Of a DNA stretch of 64,000 bases, positions 12,985-26,074 are shown piece by piece. A model generated the notes under the pieces. That model ran no database searches, was not told where the DNA came from, and was given only the letters and a program-made list of their open reading frames with translations. Position 1 is the stretch's first letter. Every line of letters begins with the position of its first letter. The DNA lies in contig NOWV01000021.1 of NCBI GenBank assembly GCA_003344405.1, positions 744,001 to 808,000 on the forward strand, in the 5' to 3' direction. Origin of the DNA: Trichoplax sp. H2. Its lineage: Eukaryota. A program made the position numbers and the translations under genes.

Positions 12985-13688
12985 AGTATAGATCTGCATC
13001 TGTAGCAGCCTACAATCACGACAGGATTTATTCATATCCTACAATTGGTCGCTATACTTCTCTTTTAATGATGAATTTAATCCCTATAGGGTCCAGTACC
13101 TACTTATACTTTTCACATTGTATCTGTGGTGTATTATACAAGTTTATGTGGAACATGTTAGAAAATGTATAGAAATAACTGTTAGAACACTAACAAAATA
13201 TTATACATCTGTTTGTATTAACGAACAATTGTTAAATTTTCAAAATTTATTATATATAAGTGTAAATGTGCCAAGTCAAGAAATAGACACGATACTGTAG
13301 TACTGGATTTAATTGAGCAATTTCAGATCATAAGTTGGTAATAATGCATCTTAGCTGTAAATACATTTGTTATGGTTCTGAACTTCTGATTGGCATTTTA
13401 GTTTTAATTTGTTTAGATTGGATTGAAAATGTGCTTCAATTTTAATGTACAGAATTTTATGGATACCAAAGAAAATACCTGAGGATTTATGAATTTTATT
13501 ACCGTATTTATAAAATCTCTTTCAGTAAAGTTTTCAAATCATAAACAATATAGCAGGTCATTAGAATGTCTAGCATGACAGGAATGATAGCTTAAATATG
13601 TTGTTACAAAATATTATAGTTCTAGGGTGCCTTGAATATACCGTATGAAAAATTTTCGTTAGTTAATGCTACTGTACATTGTACAGGT

Positions 13689-15419
13689 TTGAGCGAGCCG
13701 AAGGTGGAACCTATATGAAAATATAGTTGCATCAATTCAGGTGTAATGTGTAACTACAGTACAGTATGAAAACTCTTTGTCAGCTTATTATTGAAGAGTC
13801 TTCGATCTAGTACTGTATCTACTTGGTCGTGTTCATTTTACTTATTGCATATTGAATGTAGCATACGTGCAATGCTCGAAGTAGCAACCGATAAATTTTT
13901 TATGCGAGTATTCAAAAGAACCAGTCCGTATGAAGAGGAAATATGCACAGTTGTATACTTAGCCGCTCGGATAATAGACATTACTCTCGGGATAGAGCTT
14001 TGTATATACTGTATATGATGTAAGTCCTGTATGAAATCATATTAGTTATATATGGGAGCTTCATTTTGTAAAATCAATTTCCATTTCATACACAGGAGAG
14101 TAGAGGTATTTTAATAATTTGGAATGGGTTACATGTATAGAGGCAAAAATGAATATATCATAGGGGGCTACTAAGCAATAAATAAACCTCCAGTGTAACA
14201 TTAAGTATCCTTTGAAACTTCTCGGAAACCTAAGAGAAGCAGAAAGTAGCATCAAATGGATTATACATTACAAATAATTGTGGAAAACTGATTAGAAGTG
14301 TTCGCGTTTTGTAATAATCTCAATACTCANNNNNNNNNNNNNNNNNNNNTTGAGCGAGCCGAAGGTGGAACCTATATGAAAATGTAGTTGCATCAATTCA
14401 GGTGTAATGTGTAACTACAGTATGAAAACTCTTTGTCAGCTTATTATTGAAGAGTCTTCGATCTAGTACTGTATCTACTTGGTCGTGTTCATTTTACTTA
14501 TTGCATATTAAATGTAGCATAGGTGCAATGCTCGAAGTAGCAACCGATAAATTTTTTATGCGAGTATTCAAAAGAACCAGTGCGTATGAAGAGGAAATAT
14601 GCACAGTTGTATACTTAGCCGCTCGGATAATAGACATTACTCTCGGGATAGAGCTTTGTATATACTGTATATGATGTAAGTCCTGTATGAAATCATATTA
14701 GCTATATATGGGAGCTTCATTTTGTAAAATCAATTTCCATTTCATACACAGGAGAGTAGAGGTAATTTGGAATGGGTTACATGTATAGAGGTAAAAATGA
14801 ATAACTTTGGTACGTTCACTTTCGTCTCATATCAAATCACAATAAAATATCATAGTTGCCCAACTCTACCATTGAGGCAGAATGAGTTTGTTTTAATAAG
14901 TCACTATTGTATGAACATGAGATTACGGTAGAGAATAGAGATGCAATAACTGTCTCGCAACACCACACCACAGAAGCGAAAAATGAAGCTTATCACAAAT
15001 AAAGAAACTTTAACAAGGTATCGCTTTCCTGTAGACGGAAAGTATGCAGCACTACGACTAATATCATTCAATTTAATTTAATTCAGCTCGCTATGCGGGA
15101 TAGGCCGAGGGAACAGTATTGAAATAATTTTAAGGACGGCGAAAAGGTCAGGGACTCTGTCGATAAGGCATCGATACTGTCCATTCACATTGCCCTTGAT
15201 TGATCCATTTACTTTTTGATTTAAATCATGCATTATATTATATATATCATAGGGGGGCTACTAAGCAATAAATAAACCTCCAGTGTAACATTAAGTATCC
15301 TTTGAAACTTCTCGGAAACCTAAGAGAAGCAGAAAGTAGCATCAAATGGATTATACATTACAAATAATTGTGGAAAACTGATTAGAAGTGTTCGCGTTTT
15401 GTAATAATCTCAATACTCA
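13689..15419. repeat. Near-identical direct duplication flanking an assembly gap (13689-14329 vs 14350-15419), probably two haplotypes
   Basis: Both copies start ttgagcgagccgaaggtgg and end gtaataatctcaatactca. They are separated by 20 N at 14330-14349. They differ by a few SNPs and small indels, plus about 440 bp present only in copy 2. Confidence 0.9.
14330..14349. other. Assembly gap (20 N)
   Basis: Run of n characters in the sequence. Confidence 1.
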
Positions 15420-15904
15420 AAGTGATTTTATATTTATCACTTTACACAGGACAGGTTTCCTTATTATTACGCTGACTTACAGCAACTACTACACGTGCTG
15501 GTAAGTCATCAATATATCGAAGTCTGTGATACAAAGTATAACAACTTTACAGAAAACGATGAATAAAATTAGTTATTCATTTTGAATTTAATTTCCCTAA
15601 TTTATTTATCTCGAAAACCAAACTAAATCGTCCGCAAGTCTTAGTGGCTTTACATCCGTCTCTGTAACAATATTACTGGCGGAAGTCTATTACATCAGTA
15701 CCGGTCCATTATCTATACGCACACTATGGCTACGCTCAGCATACTCGTACAGTACATACAGTATACTGTTTATATATATACATATACAGTATACATTATA
15801 AAGTATACTGAGTATAGTATTTTGTTATTGTTTTTACTGTTTTTTATATTGCAGTTTTAGGATAACACTTCCTCGTCTAGTTGATACCTCAGCAACAAGG
15901 AAGG

Positions 15905-17395
15905 ATGTCGAAACTACAAGAAGTAAGTTTGCAATAGATGAATTGATCGATCGATTAGTATGCGTGTGATATCATGAGTATAGTGGATCTGATACTGTCG
16001 TACTGAACTACTGTTGTTTCATCGATAAAATATTCCGTATTCAGCCACGTTGCAGAGCTGTGATCAAAACAAACTGCTGGAGATAAATTGTCGTTTAGGA
16101 TGGCGTGGATAGATTTGAGGGCTGAATGCCCTAAGCTTAGCTTTTGCCAGCATATACTGTATTCTGTTAGACCTAGTTGTATCTACAATATTGTGTGAGT
16201 AGAATGGTTTATCCATCATGATTGTGATATGATTACGAAACTTATGGTTGTTCAAATACAGCATGTGCTACACGATAGCTCAAACTTGTAAATTTTCTAC
16301 CTGTTTGCAGTTTGATCATCTGATTGACTAGTTTTGTTATAATCGTAAACGAGTTAAATCGTCCTTTCACTTTAATTTTTTTTAATATGAAGAAATCTCT
16401 GGCAATTCCTCACAAAGGAAAAGTTCTTGATGCAATCATTACCATACCACCGAAAGGATTTAAATCTGGTCATGGTGTTATTTTAACCCATGGAGCTGGA
16501 GGTGACATGAACTACGAACATCTTAAGGTTTTAGCTAAACATTTGGCAGAGAACGGCATTGCATGTCTCCGTTTTACATGCAAACCAACGGTCATGCGAA
16601 CGCGTGTTAACGCAATGACTTCAGTTCTGGTATTCGTTGCTATTAGCAGTACTATTTCAGCTCCTTACAGTAATTACTTACGGTATTCTTTATTCTATCA
16701 AACTAGGACTTTTGGAAGCAGTCAACTGAATATCCACTGAAAAAGTGCTTTCTTGCAGGTAAGGAATATCCGTCAGTTCTTGTGTACTGTACTCAACAGC
16801 CATGGAGCATTCCCATGTCAGTTGAGCATCTAGGGTACGCGCTGTAAGCATTTGTTGTAATGCTAGCTATACTTGTTCAACGAGTTAAAAGCTAAGTAAG
16901 TTTCTGTGCACGATACGTTTTACCGGACGTTCACTTTTAAAATTAAAATTAATTAATAAACTGTAATATCGGCTAGGTCGATCAATGGGATCACGAGTTG
17001 CAGCAACGCTTGCTGAAGAATTAACTCGCGCAAAAGATCAATTTATTGTCGGTGTCATTTGCTTATCATATCCACTGCATCCACCTAACAAGACTACCGA
17101 AATTAGACATTTGCAACCTGGTGTACCTGTTTTGTTTGTTAATGGTAAGCGCGATGCATTATGCGACGCAAAACTGATGGAAAAGGAAGTTCAAAATTTG
17201 CAATGTCAGTATCAGTTACATTGGATCGATGGTGCCGATCATAGCGTACGAGTAAAAGGGAGGAAACCAAGTGATATCTTGCAAGAGCTATGCACTACTG
17301 TCGTGGATTGGTGCCACGAGATTTTAAGTGAAGGCGATGCTAAACCTACTATCCGCAAGAAAGCAAAAACTGTCAAAGATTACTTTAAAAAGTAA
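15905..17395 (+). CDS. TEX30: TEX30/KANSL3-like alpha/beta hydrolase; 4 coding exons
   Basis: Exons are 15905-15922 (MSKLQE), 16393-16629, 16707-16758 and 16977-17395. Motifs ILTHGAGGDMN, CLRFTCK, the GRSMG nucleophile elbow, ICLSYPLHPP and HWIDGADHS match TEX30. Confidence 0.92.
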
Positions 17396-18109
17396 ATTTT
17401 TCATCAGTTAGTAATCAATAACTCCCTGTACTGTATGATAGACTCTATGCAGAACTTATTTTTGAACCTGCCTCAGAAATGCATTCAAGTTTACCTTTAT
17501 CCACGTATTTATGCAAAATATCAAATAAATAAACATGCATACACAGTAGCAGGTAATTACAGAAATCTTCTTGAATCTCCGTCTATTATACAGTACAAGA
17601 CAATCCACTGTTGCGTGAATAAGAAAAATAATCCAATGAATCTATTATTCATCTACCCACATCATGCATTAAAACCCTTAGTAAGTAGTAAAGTATAAAT
17701 GAAGTCATTTAATTGGATGAACCAAAAAATTTCAACATCACAGAGATTTGCGTCTTCTAGTAGTAGTCCATATACCAGTACAATACGCGTATAATACAGT
17801 AGAATATCACATTGTAAATTGTCAATTTAAGCCATTAATTTCATGATATAAATTCAGTATAAAAGATATTTGCATCTTCCACTTGCTATCTGAGCATTAA
17901 ATACAGTAAAAATGGCATTGTACATTGGAAACTTTGCAGTCAAGACATCGCCAATTCGATTTTTGTCGATATCAAGAAAAAATAAATAGCAATCATCTGG
18001 AATCTACTACTAGACTAGCTCATTTGAAATGTAGTCCTATGATAGATAGTATGATTCAGATATACAGTGCATAATTTGCAGAGCATTGACTGATCGATAA
18101 ATTATATAA

Positions 18110-18616
18110 TCAGTCTACTAGAGGATTAACATCGTAATCAATCATTTTCCTATCTAAGATTAACCATTTTTGGAGGAAGCCGATATCTTCGATTTTATCG
18201 TAGTATGTCCAAAAACCTGATTGAAGATTATGACAAGTATATTCATAATTTTTACAAATTTCGTTAGCGTCCTGCCGTATAACTAACGAGAATAAACCCA
18301 AACTAACATAAGTTAATAAATTTTCATTCTGCAAATATAATAATCGATCGATGTGAGCATCCGATGAAGGATTGCGTGTTAAACGGCTTAACAAGGATAA
18401 AGCATTGCCACATTGCTGTAATTCTGCATCGAAGGACTTTTCATCAGGATTTTGGTGCCAAATATAACCAAAAACACCGGCAAATATACCTAAAAATATC
18501 GGTCTACTAGGTTTTCTATAGCAACTTTTGGCTATTCCTGTGAATACATCTTCATAATCGCGATAAATATTAATTAATGGATTGCCTAACTTGGTGAATA
18601 ATTTTCTTGTAGCCAT
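18110..18616 (-). CDS. TIMM29: Mitochondrial import inner membrane translocase subunit Tim29, single exon
   Basis: A 168-aa ORF with a hydrophobic segment followed by NPDEKSFDAEL, TRNPSSDAHI, YVSLGLFSLV and DIGFLQKWLILDRKMIDYDVN, which match the Tim29/C19orf52 family pattern. Confidence 0.9.
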   Translation of the reverse strand: MATRKLFTKLGNPLINIYRDYEDVFTGIAKSCYRKPSRPIFLGIFAGVFGYIWHQNPDEKSFDAELQQCGNALSLLSRLTRNPSSDAHIDRLLYLQNENLLTYVSLGLFSLVIRQDANEICKNYEYTCHNLQSGFWTYYDKIEDIGFLQKWLILDRKMIDYDVNPLVD

Positions 18617-18943
18617 TGCACTTGGTGAAGCGATATGTCGTAGTACTGCACAGGCAATAGTGTTGAACCCCTAGCCTGGCCTGGCCCCTGGTCAGTGGGG
18701 AGGGTTGAGGCTTGAAAGATGGTGTAACATGGCCATGACTGCGCCTGCGTCATCTTTCTGGACTTGCGTACTGTACTGCAGGTCAAATTGGATTTCGCGG
18801 GAAATTTACTACAGCCTTGTTTGTAGTAAACTACTATAGCACTTGAAACAAGAGCTAGCAATACAAGATAGACTATGAAAATGAACCACGTATGATAGAA
18901 ACTTCCGTGTAGATCTTCCGCAGTAGATACGAAGAAGGCGAGC
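18617..18943. promoter_or_regulatory. Bidirectional promoter between TIMM29 and RNASEH2C with an E2F-type site
   Basis: 327 bp lie between the divergent ATGs and the region is locally GC-rich. It contains TTTCGCGGGAAA (E2F-type) at 18793-18804, an NRF1-like TGCGCCTGCG at about 18740, and an ETS-like CTTCCG at about 18902. Confidence 0.6.
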
Positions 18944-20298
18944 ATGTCGGGTGAAATTGTTATCCAAGATTTTAGCGAACGCAAATGTGCTAAATTGCAT
19001 CTACTACCTTGTACAATTGATTATAATGGTCAAGCAAATATCGATTCTTACTTTGAACCAACTATTAAGAAGAATGGCGAAGGTGAATACCAGTTCTAAA
19101 TGTACTTTCCAACATGAAACAAATACTGTAACTAGCAGCTAGAAAGCTCTCGATCGAGCTGTAAACAGTATTTTGATAATCATTTCTTGCTGGTGTAAAA
19201 TTCTATCATCGTCTTCAATTATTGTGGTATTGTATACATGTATCATGCAATCCTGTAGCAGTAGACTATAGAGAATCGTTATGCTTGGTATTCATAAATT
19301 CATCTCAAATTTAAATCAAATAGATTTATCAGCAACCTATCGTGGTCGACCTCTCTGTGGCGCTAAGATGGAGGTTCCCGACAACTACATCGGTAACAGA
19401 TATTCTATTCTATACCTATAATTTGAAATTAATCAAAGTATCCGTTCATTAACTACAAAGCAAATACGTATGGATACAGTATAGAAAATGTAGAATATTG
19501 TATAGTCTATACCATCTTATAATTCCAGCTATGATACAAGCAATTAGGAAATTACCCGTGCTATAGATTAAGCTTAAAAAACTAATCGATCCGGCGATAT
19601 ATTACTGTAACGCCATCAGCTCTACGGTTTACTACTATACTGTAGACGTAGTAGCGTATAAACATGCACATCATATCATCCAGTGATACAGCTAATTAGG
19701 AGCTAATATGCTAACAGCATGTGCAGTAATTTATCTCGCTCTTAGAAGAAAATCACATTCATCTTGTTTTTATGATAATAATTGACTATGCTTAAGGTTA
19801 CATAGTAAATTTCATCGCTGTTATGGACGCATTTCCAGAGTCAAGATGTTTGTTGATTAAGTTTACGTTAATTCTGTACTAGGATGCGTTCTAAAAGAAA
19901 CACAGAAGCCATTTGGTGAAGATGAGGTATCAAATCTAACAGGAAAATTAAGATTAAAACAACTGTGGAATGTCCCAATCATCCTATTAAAAATGCAGTT
20001 ATTTGTGAAACTCTTTTGATTTCTTTTAAAGGATCGACGATTAAAAATCTCCAGCCATTTTAAGGAATTGACGTACTGGAATCTTGATAACCGAACTTCA
20101 GTTAATGATAAATTACAAAAAGCGATACTATGGACGAAAATTGCTACAGCGGTTAGTTTACTGTGCAGTTGCTCTATTATTTCATATGCCACCATAGTGC
20201 AAATTCCACATTTTACAATAATGCAATATCAATATCTCTCTAAACAAAGATATACTCTTTTCTTAATTGGTTAGATACATAAATCCGAAGATACCTAG
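18944..20298 (+). CDS. RNASEH2C: Ribonuclease H2 subunit C; 5 exons
   Basis: Exons are 18944-19082, 19324-19392, 19883-19926, 20032-20151 and 20275-20298. They encode LHLLPCTIDYNGQANIDSYF, ATYRGRPLCG, FKELTYWNLD and AILWTKIATAIH, matching RNASEH2C (LHLLPC...SFRGRCLRG...FTLWGLE...WPSLAAAIH). Confidence 0.92.
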
Positions 20299-20718
20299 GA
20301 TTAACAGCAGAGATATTAACTAAATATGATTTCAACCTCCAAAGTTAACAAAGTGACTGAAGTATCTTTCTACTGTGACCCACACAGAACTTAGCAAAAT
20401 AGCGTTACATGTATTATATCCTTGATATCGAGTACATGAAAGGGAATATTAAGGTGTATGACTTTATCGATTAATTTTTAGATTAACAGAAATCAGGTAA
20501 ATTTTAGCTATTAATAATTGTATCCTTTTGTATATATTATTTAAACTAAAGTTAACAGTAAAACTTGCTCCTAGTAAAAATAAAATGAAAGAGGATTTTT
20601 ATTTGCATAAATGACTTCGCCTTACGCGCATAACACGATTGCAACCACCCTTAGAAACATTTTTAAAGGTAATTTAATTTTAAAAGGAAAAGTATATTAT
20701 CCATTAATCACTAAGCAC

Positions 20719-23700
20719 TCAGTAATCATGATTAGCGATTTCTTTCTCCCAAAGACCAAACAAATCTTCATCAAAACTGGGAAATCTATCGACGAAAGAC
20801 TTGATCATTCCTTCTACGTTCGATTCATATTCAGTAAAATCAACTTCATCTTCGCCTGCAATATTAATAGCATATGTGACATAATTTAGTGTGAAGATTG
20901 CTGCCTTGTTATCCAATTAAAAGTATTCAATCTTTGATGTCGCATAATCATTATAAATTAATTATTTATTACACACCATTAACTGAAGTATGACACTGAA
21001 CAAACATGGGTCGTGGCTGTTTACGATTCAGAACAATATTTCTGAACTTTATTAATGGAAGGTTCGGCTGTTCAGCTACTGTTGAGTAATGCTCATACAT
21101 CGACTTGGCAGCCTCGTAATCACCAGTCGCTTTATAAACCTGTAATCATTTGACAAGTTAACTAAACAATTTTGCTATAAATGAAACCTAATTTGCTTGA
21201 ATTGTATACGTGTATAATACTAACCTGCATTTTACATAAAAATTTGCCTATTGCATCTTTACCGTCCGTCGCTATGCGGTCTCTGTTTAAGGTAATAAGC
21301 AAATCAGGCTTACCATCTTCTCCAGTCATTTCTGAAATAGTCACGACTGCAGCATCAATTAACACGCGGGTGATAACAAATCGAGCCTGCATGTGCGCCT
21401 AACATATGACAGGAAACTTCAGCTTAACAACATTCAGTAATTACAATTTAAAAGTTTCAGTATAACCTGTTTCCAAGAGTTTGTTTCTGGAGTAAAAAAT
21501 TCTAATCCAAGAAGTCCACCGCGTACCATAAGCAACCAATTAACATATTTAACAGTTTCAGCAGCTTCTCCTTCATGACCAAATATTCTAAATAGATCAA
21601 AATATTAGCAATTATACCATAATTAAATTTAAAGATTTCCACAGCTGATAATTAGAAAATAGCATGGAAATAGTTAAAAAACCTTAGTACTTTATCTAAG
21701 AGACAGAGATATAATCCTACGCATTCAGCGCGACACTCTTCGTAAGAAGAACTCAATGATACAAATTTAGAATCATAAGTTTCACCGGGTTTATACCACT
21801 TTTCAACCTTCAGTAAAAAGTCGTAATAATAACACACAAAGAGGATATTTCAAAAATTGAAAACATAATTTCAACCGCGTACACTGCATAGGGACTATCA
21901 AACAATCAAATTAATTTACCTTCTCCCCAGTTAGAGGATTTAGGATATCACAGTCAAAATCAAATGACCCATCTTCGAGCTAAGGAAAGGAAATTATTTA
22001 CCATAATTTAATCATGGCTAATTTCGCGTAATTATCAATCTGCCTACAGTACCTGAGAAAATAATTTACCACTTCCGTGACCTAGTAACTCATGCAAGCC
22101 GACCTGAACCTCAAATGCAGGGCCTTTCAATTCTTTGTATAGTTCCTAAAATAAATACCCCATAGCGAAAATATCGTCATATTTTCTAATTGGATATTCA
22201 GCTACATATTCGTATTGCAAAAAGTAACCTGATCCTTTTCTGACAAGAAAGTGACTGCCTTATTGCTCCCATACGATGATAGGACATTGCCTAGTGATAC
22301 ATTTTTAAATCCTTCTGTCTGACGAATGTCATCATCTAATTTAAGTCATGTGCCGGTAAATATCATTCGGTTAGAATAACGCGACATATGTTACCATGTA
22401 ATTGGAATATCACGTACATTTATGGGATAGAAATCCTAAAATAACACAGCCACACAGATACTTACAGTTTGGGATATTGATCCCAGCTGGAATACCACTG
22501 CCAGAAAAGCCAACGATATCCAATGAAGTAAAATCAGGCTTTAAAAAAGTATCTTTCTCAAATGGCTTTGGCCACGGTAGTTCATCGAGTAAAGTTTCAG
22601 CAGAGTTCACCAATTCCGAGAACTTAATACTCATGGGCTTGTTAACCACGGCAACGAATCCTACAAGATTATATTTTAAAATATTTACTCTGATATGCAA
22701 CACTTATTGAGCGCAATGACGCTGTACAAACTTTGTTTACAGTTAATAATAATTTTTATCATCTGAAAACCTTCAAATTCTCCACGAATACCATATGGAT
22801 CACGATAAGTCTCAATGAAACCAATATAGCTAAAGGAGATCAATTAAAGCATCTTCATTTAATAACGAAATAGAGTAAAAAAATTACACGCATGTGAAGA
22901 TTTTACTAACACTTCGATAATTGGGCCTTTATTTTTAATCCAAAATCGGGAACCGTTTTTGTGAGATTCTATACTTCCAGTTGTGAAGCTATGGGAATAT
23001 TCCTCTAACATCGATATCTCATTGTTATTGGAAGCATAATTCTAATTTATAAGTAACAACAACATCAATTAATAGATAAGATTTACAGAGAAATAAACAT
23101 AATAGAAGTAACCTTGGCAGCTTGTAGGTTTTTTACTAATCTTTTCATTAACGGCGCATAATCTCCTCGAGTAATTAGTATTTCGCATCCTTTGTAAGTG
23201 TGCTTTCCTAACAGCTTTGCCATGGTATCTTCTCTACCTTGGCTATCTCGATATGCTTCTTCTACGGTATTGTATAATTACATGAATTAGATATTAGCAA
23301 GACAAGCAATTCAACAAGCTATACAATAATCAGGTGTGGATCTACGATAACCATAAGTTGTATTGAAATCATTGAGCTAACTATCTATTCGTTTCATGAT
23401 TATAAGCTACTGCCTTTACATACCAGATTTTTCAGCTGATGCAATCTTTAACTCATATTGTACTTTAGAACCATTTTCGTATTTGAATAACCTTGTATTG
23501 TAGGGAGATATATCCTAAACCAAAAGTAAAAGCAGCAATTAAGTACAGATCATTAAAAGGTGATCTAAATTAACATTTAATCTATTATCCTAGCTATGAA
23601 TAAAATATTAGCCTTCAAATGGTATTAGACTGCAATAGAGATATAATTTATATTGTAAAGTATACGTGTATTTTAATACTTGCACAGCCTCTACCAACCA

Positions 23701-24688
23701 TTTCTTGCATGAAATCTTTGATAAATTCTGCATCTTTCACACTGCAGTTACTCGAGTAGTAGGTACTAAGTCCCTAGTTTGGCGAGAATAGAAATTTGCA
23801 TCAATGGAATAATGATTATGATACATGCTAAATAAGATAATAAGAATAAGAATCGAAGTACTAATCTATAACAAATTATACCTGTTTGCCTAAACCTAAT
23901 TCTAAAACACGACTCTGAATGGAATACATCCGATCTTTACATAGATTCCACAACTTTTTCATGCGCTCGGCTTGCTGTTGGTAAGCTTTACTGGCTTGAA
24001 TAATGACCTCCAATTTTTCCTACCAGTGGTAAAAATATTGACTTTTCTTTTTATGGCACTCTTTTAAGTTTACTAGGGTTTGTATAGAGTCGTATGTAAA
24101 ATAGACACTATCAATCATTTCATTTCCGAATTACCTGAGGAATACCAGGAATAAATTTGGTATCTCCAAAGGATTTATAATTACCCATATTTGAATAGAA
24201 AGCAGCACTATAAATCAGCAAAGCCTACATAGTATGCATAGCAAATAATGATACCGTCAATAGAGAAAAAGCCGTAGCCAATTGAAGACCATCAGTAAGT
24301 ACCTCTATCCTACGAGCACATATTACTGGTGCTTTTATCAATTTATTACACTCTCCTTATTCATATCTTCTATACTAATACTATAAAGGAATACAATATC
24401 ACTACTGACATGAAATTCAGCGTCAGATGGTCCATTAGGAATCGATTGGCAAGCTGCTTTCAATTCATCAACGGTTTGTGTAGAATAGAGACTTTGAAAT
24501 AGAAGGAAAATAATTGGCGATTCGGGTGAAGTCTGCAAGAAGACTATTAAGCTGCCTTCCCATGACGCTTTCGATAAGTAATGGGCATAGTGTTTTTCCA
24601 CATTCGTCAATTCATTGAAAGCAACAGAACAATCTAAATTATTGATAGTCGTGTTGGGATCAATTTGTACTCTTTTCGCAGTCTCCAT
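20719..24688 (-). CDS. DPP3: Dipeptidyl peptidase 3 (M49 zinc peptidase), multi-exon
   Basis: The N-terminus reads [28 protein letters not shown]...QTSPESP. It contains [10 protein letters not shown], the zinc motif [17 protein letters not shown] (about 22070-22120), [13 protein letters not shown] and AHMQARFVI. The stop codon is at 20719. Confidence 0.96.
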
Positions 24689-25152
24689 TTCCTTTTAATA
24701 CTATCGCTTTCGTCTGATAATTGCTATATGTTGGTGAAGAAGAAGCAAATGGATAAACTGGATATGGAGAACGGATTGTCTACGAGATGTTTTTATCAAA
24801 GGCCCGATTCTACTTTCATACTGTACCTAGTATTAGGTAGAGATGAACAGTACAGTACAGTATATCGTAGTACACTAGGTAGAACGTTTCATGAACGGGC
24901 GTCTGGATGTCAGTCCAAGCGTCCATAGTGGATAGTGGATACTGGATAGATTCATTTTTATCATTTGTCTAGCGCTGCAGGGCTCCAACTTATTCCATTT
25001 TACCATGATTTACTATACAAATGTGTATTTTGAGCCACTTATTTCATGAATGGTAAACCATCCATCATTATAATTGATAGAACTTGTTGATGGTGGTCAC
25101 AACTAGCAGTGTAGACTACTTTTCTACATTCTTGTTTAGCTGGTATATTAGA

Positions 25153-25814
25153 GTCTGAATCCATAATGGTTAGTTACTAGTTGAAGATATGGAGAAAATC
25201 AGCCTGTTCTAAAAAAAAATAGTAAATGTCACCCCAGTGGTCGCTCTACCTATAGTATTCTACCATAACAAGCGCTTTTAGGGACGATATCAGTTTTGCT
25301 CACAATTTGTAAAGCTGTTCACTGGGATACTGTACACCTGAAGCTCATTCAGGGGGATAGTTATAATACAACATATAGACCAATCGTTGCTCAGATGAAT
25401 TAGATAACGCACTCAGTCGGTACGGACTGACGGAATACGGTACAGTATTCCATTTAAGTCATAGTTCAGTCTTAAACTACTAAATTACATCGAGCGTATC
25501 CAGTAAGTCCAATGTTAGGGTTAGGATCTGAATCCATAGTGGTTAGTTACTAGTTGAAGATATGGAGAAAATCAGCCTGTTCTAAAAAAATAATAAATGT
25601 CACCCCAGTGGTCGCTCTACCTATAGTATTCTACAATATGGAGCACTGTTAGGGACGATATCAGTTTTGCTCACAATTTGTAAAGCTGTCCACTGGGATA
25701 CACCTGAAGCTCATTCAGTCGGTACGGACTGACGGAATACGGTACAGTATTCCATTTGAGTCATAGTTTAGTCTTGAACTGCTAAATTACATCGAGTGTA
25801 TCCAGTAAGTCCAA
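25153..25814. repeat. Tandem duplication of about 290-360 bp in the DPP3/MRPS10 divergent intergenic region
   Basis: tctgaatccata(a/g)tggttagttactagttgaag...ccagtaagtccaat occurs at about 25154-25513 and about 25527-25814. Copy 2 lacks about 60 bp bounded by TCAG microhomology. Confidence 0.9.
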
Positions 25815-26074
25815 TTGTTCTACATACTGTATATGTGTAAAATGGATGTCATATTATTTCTTGGTATTATATTGGGAAGAACGCTATAGCCAACGACATC
25901 TGTTTTACATCTAGGTGTATACAGTACTGTACAGTATACTGTACGTACAGTAACACTATACGCTGACTACTGTACCGGGACTACATGTACAGTACTGCAA
26001 ATGCCATACTTAAGGGTGGAACTGTACTGTAGTGTACCGTACCGGATCGGATGACAAGCAGACCTGCTTCAAAA

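Noticed and set aside
13791..14674. Twin 75-aa ORFs MKSLRSSTVSTW...
   Set aside because: They have TTG starts and no recognisable domain, and they are duplicated only because the segment is repeated across the gap.
18586..19142. Overlapping ORFs around the TIMM29/RNASEH2C promoter
   Set aside because: They are alternative-frame or antisense shadows of the real genes and the promoter.
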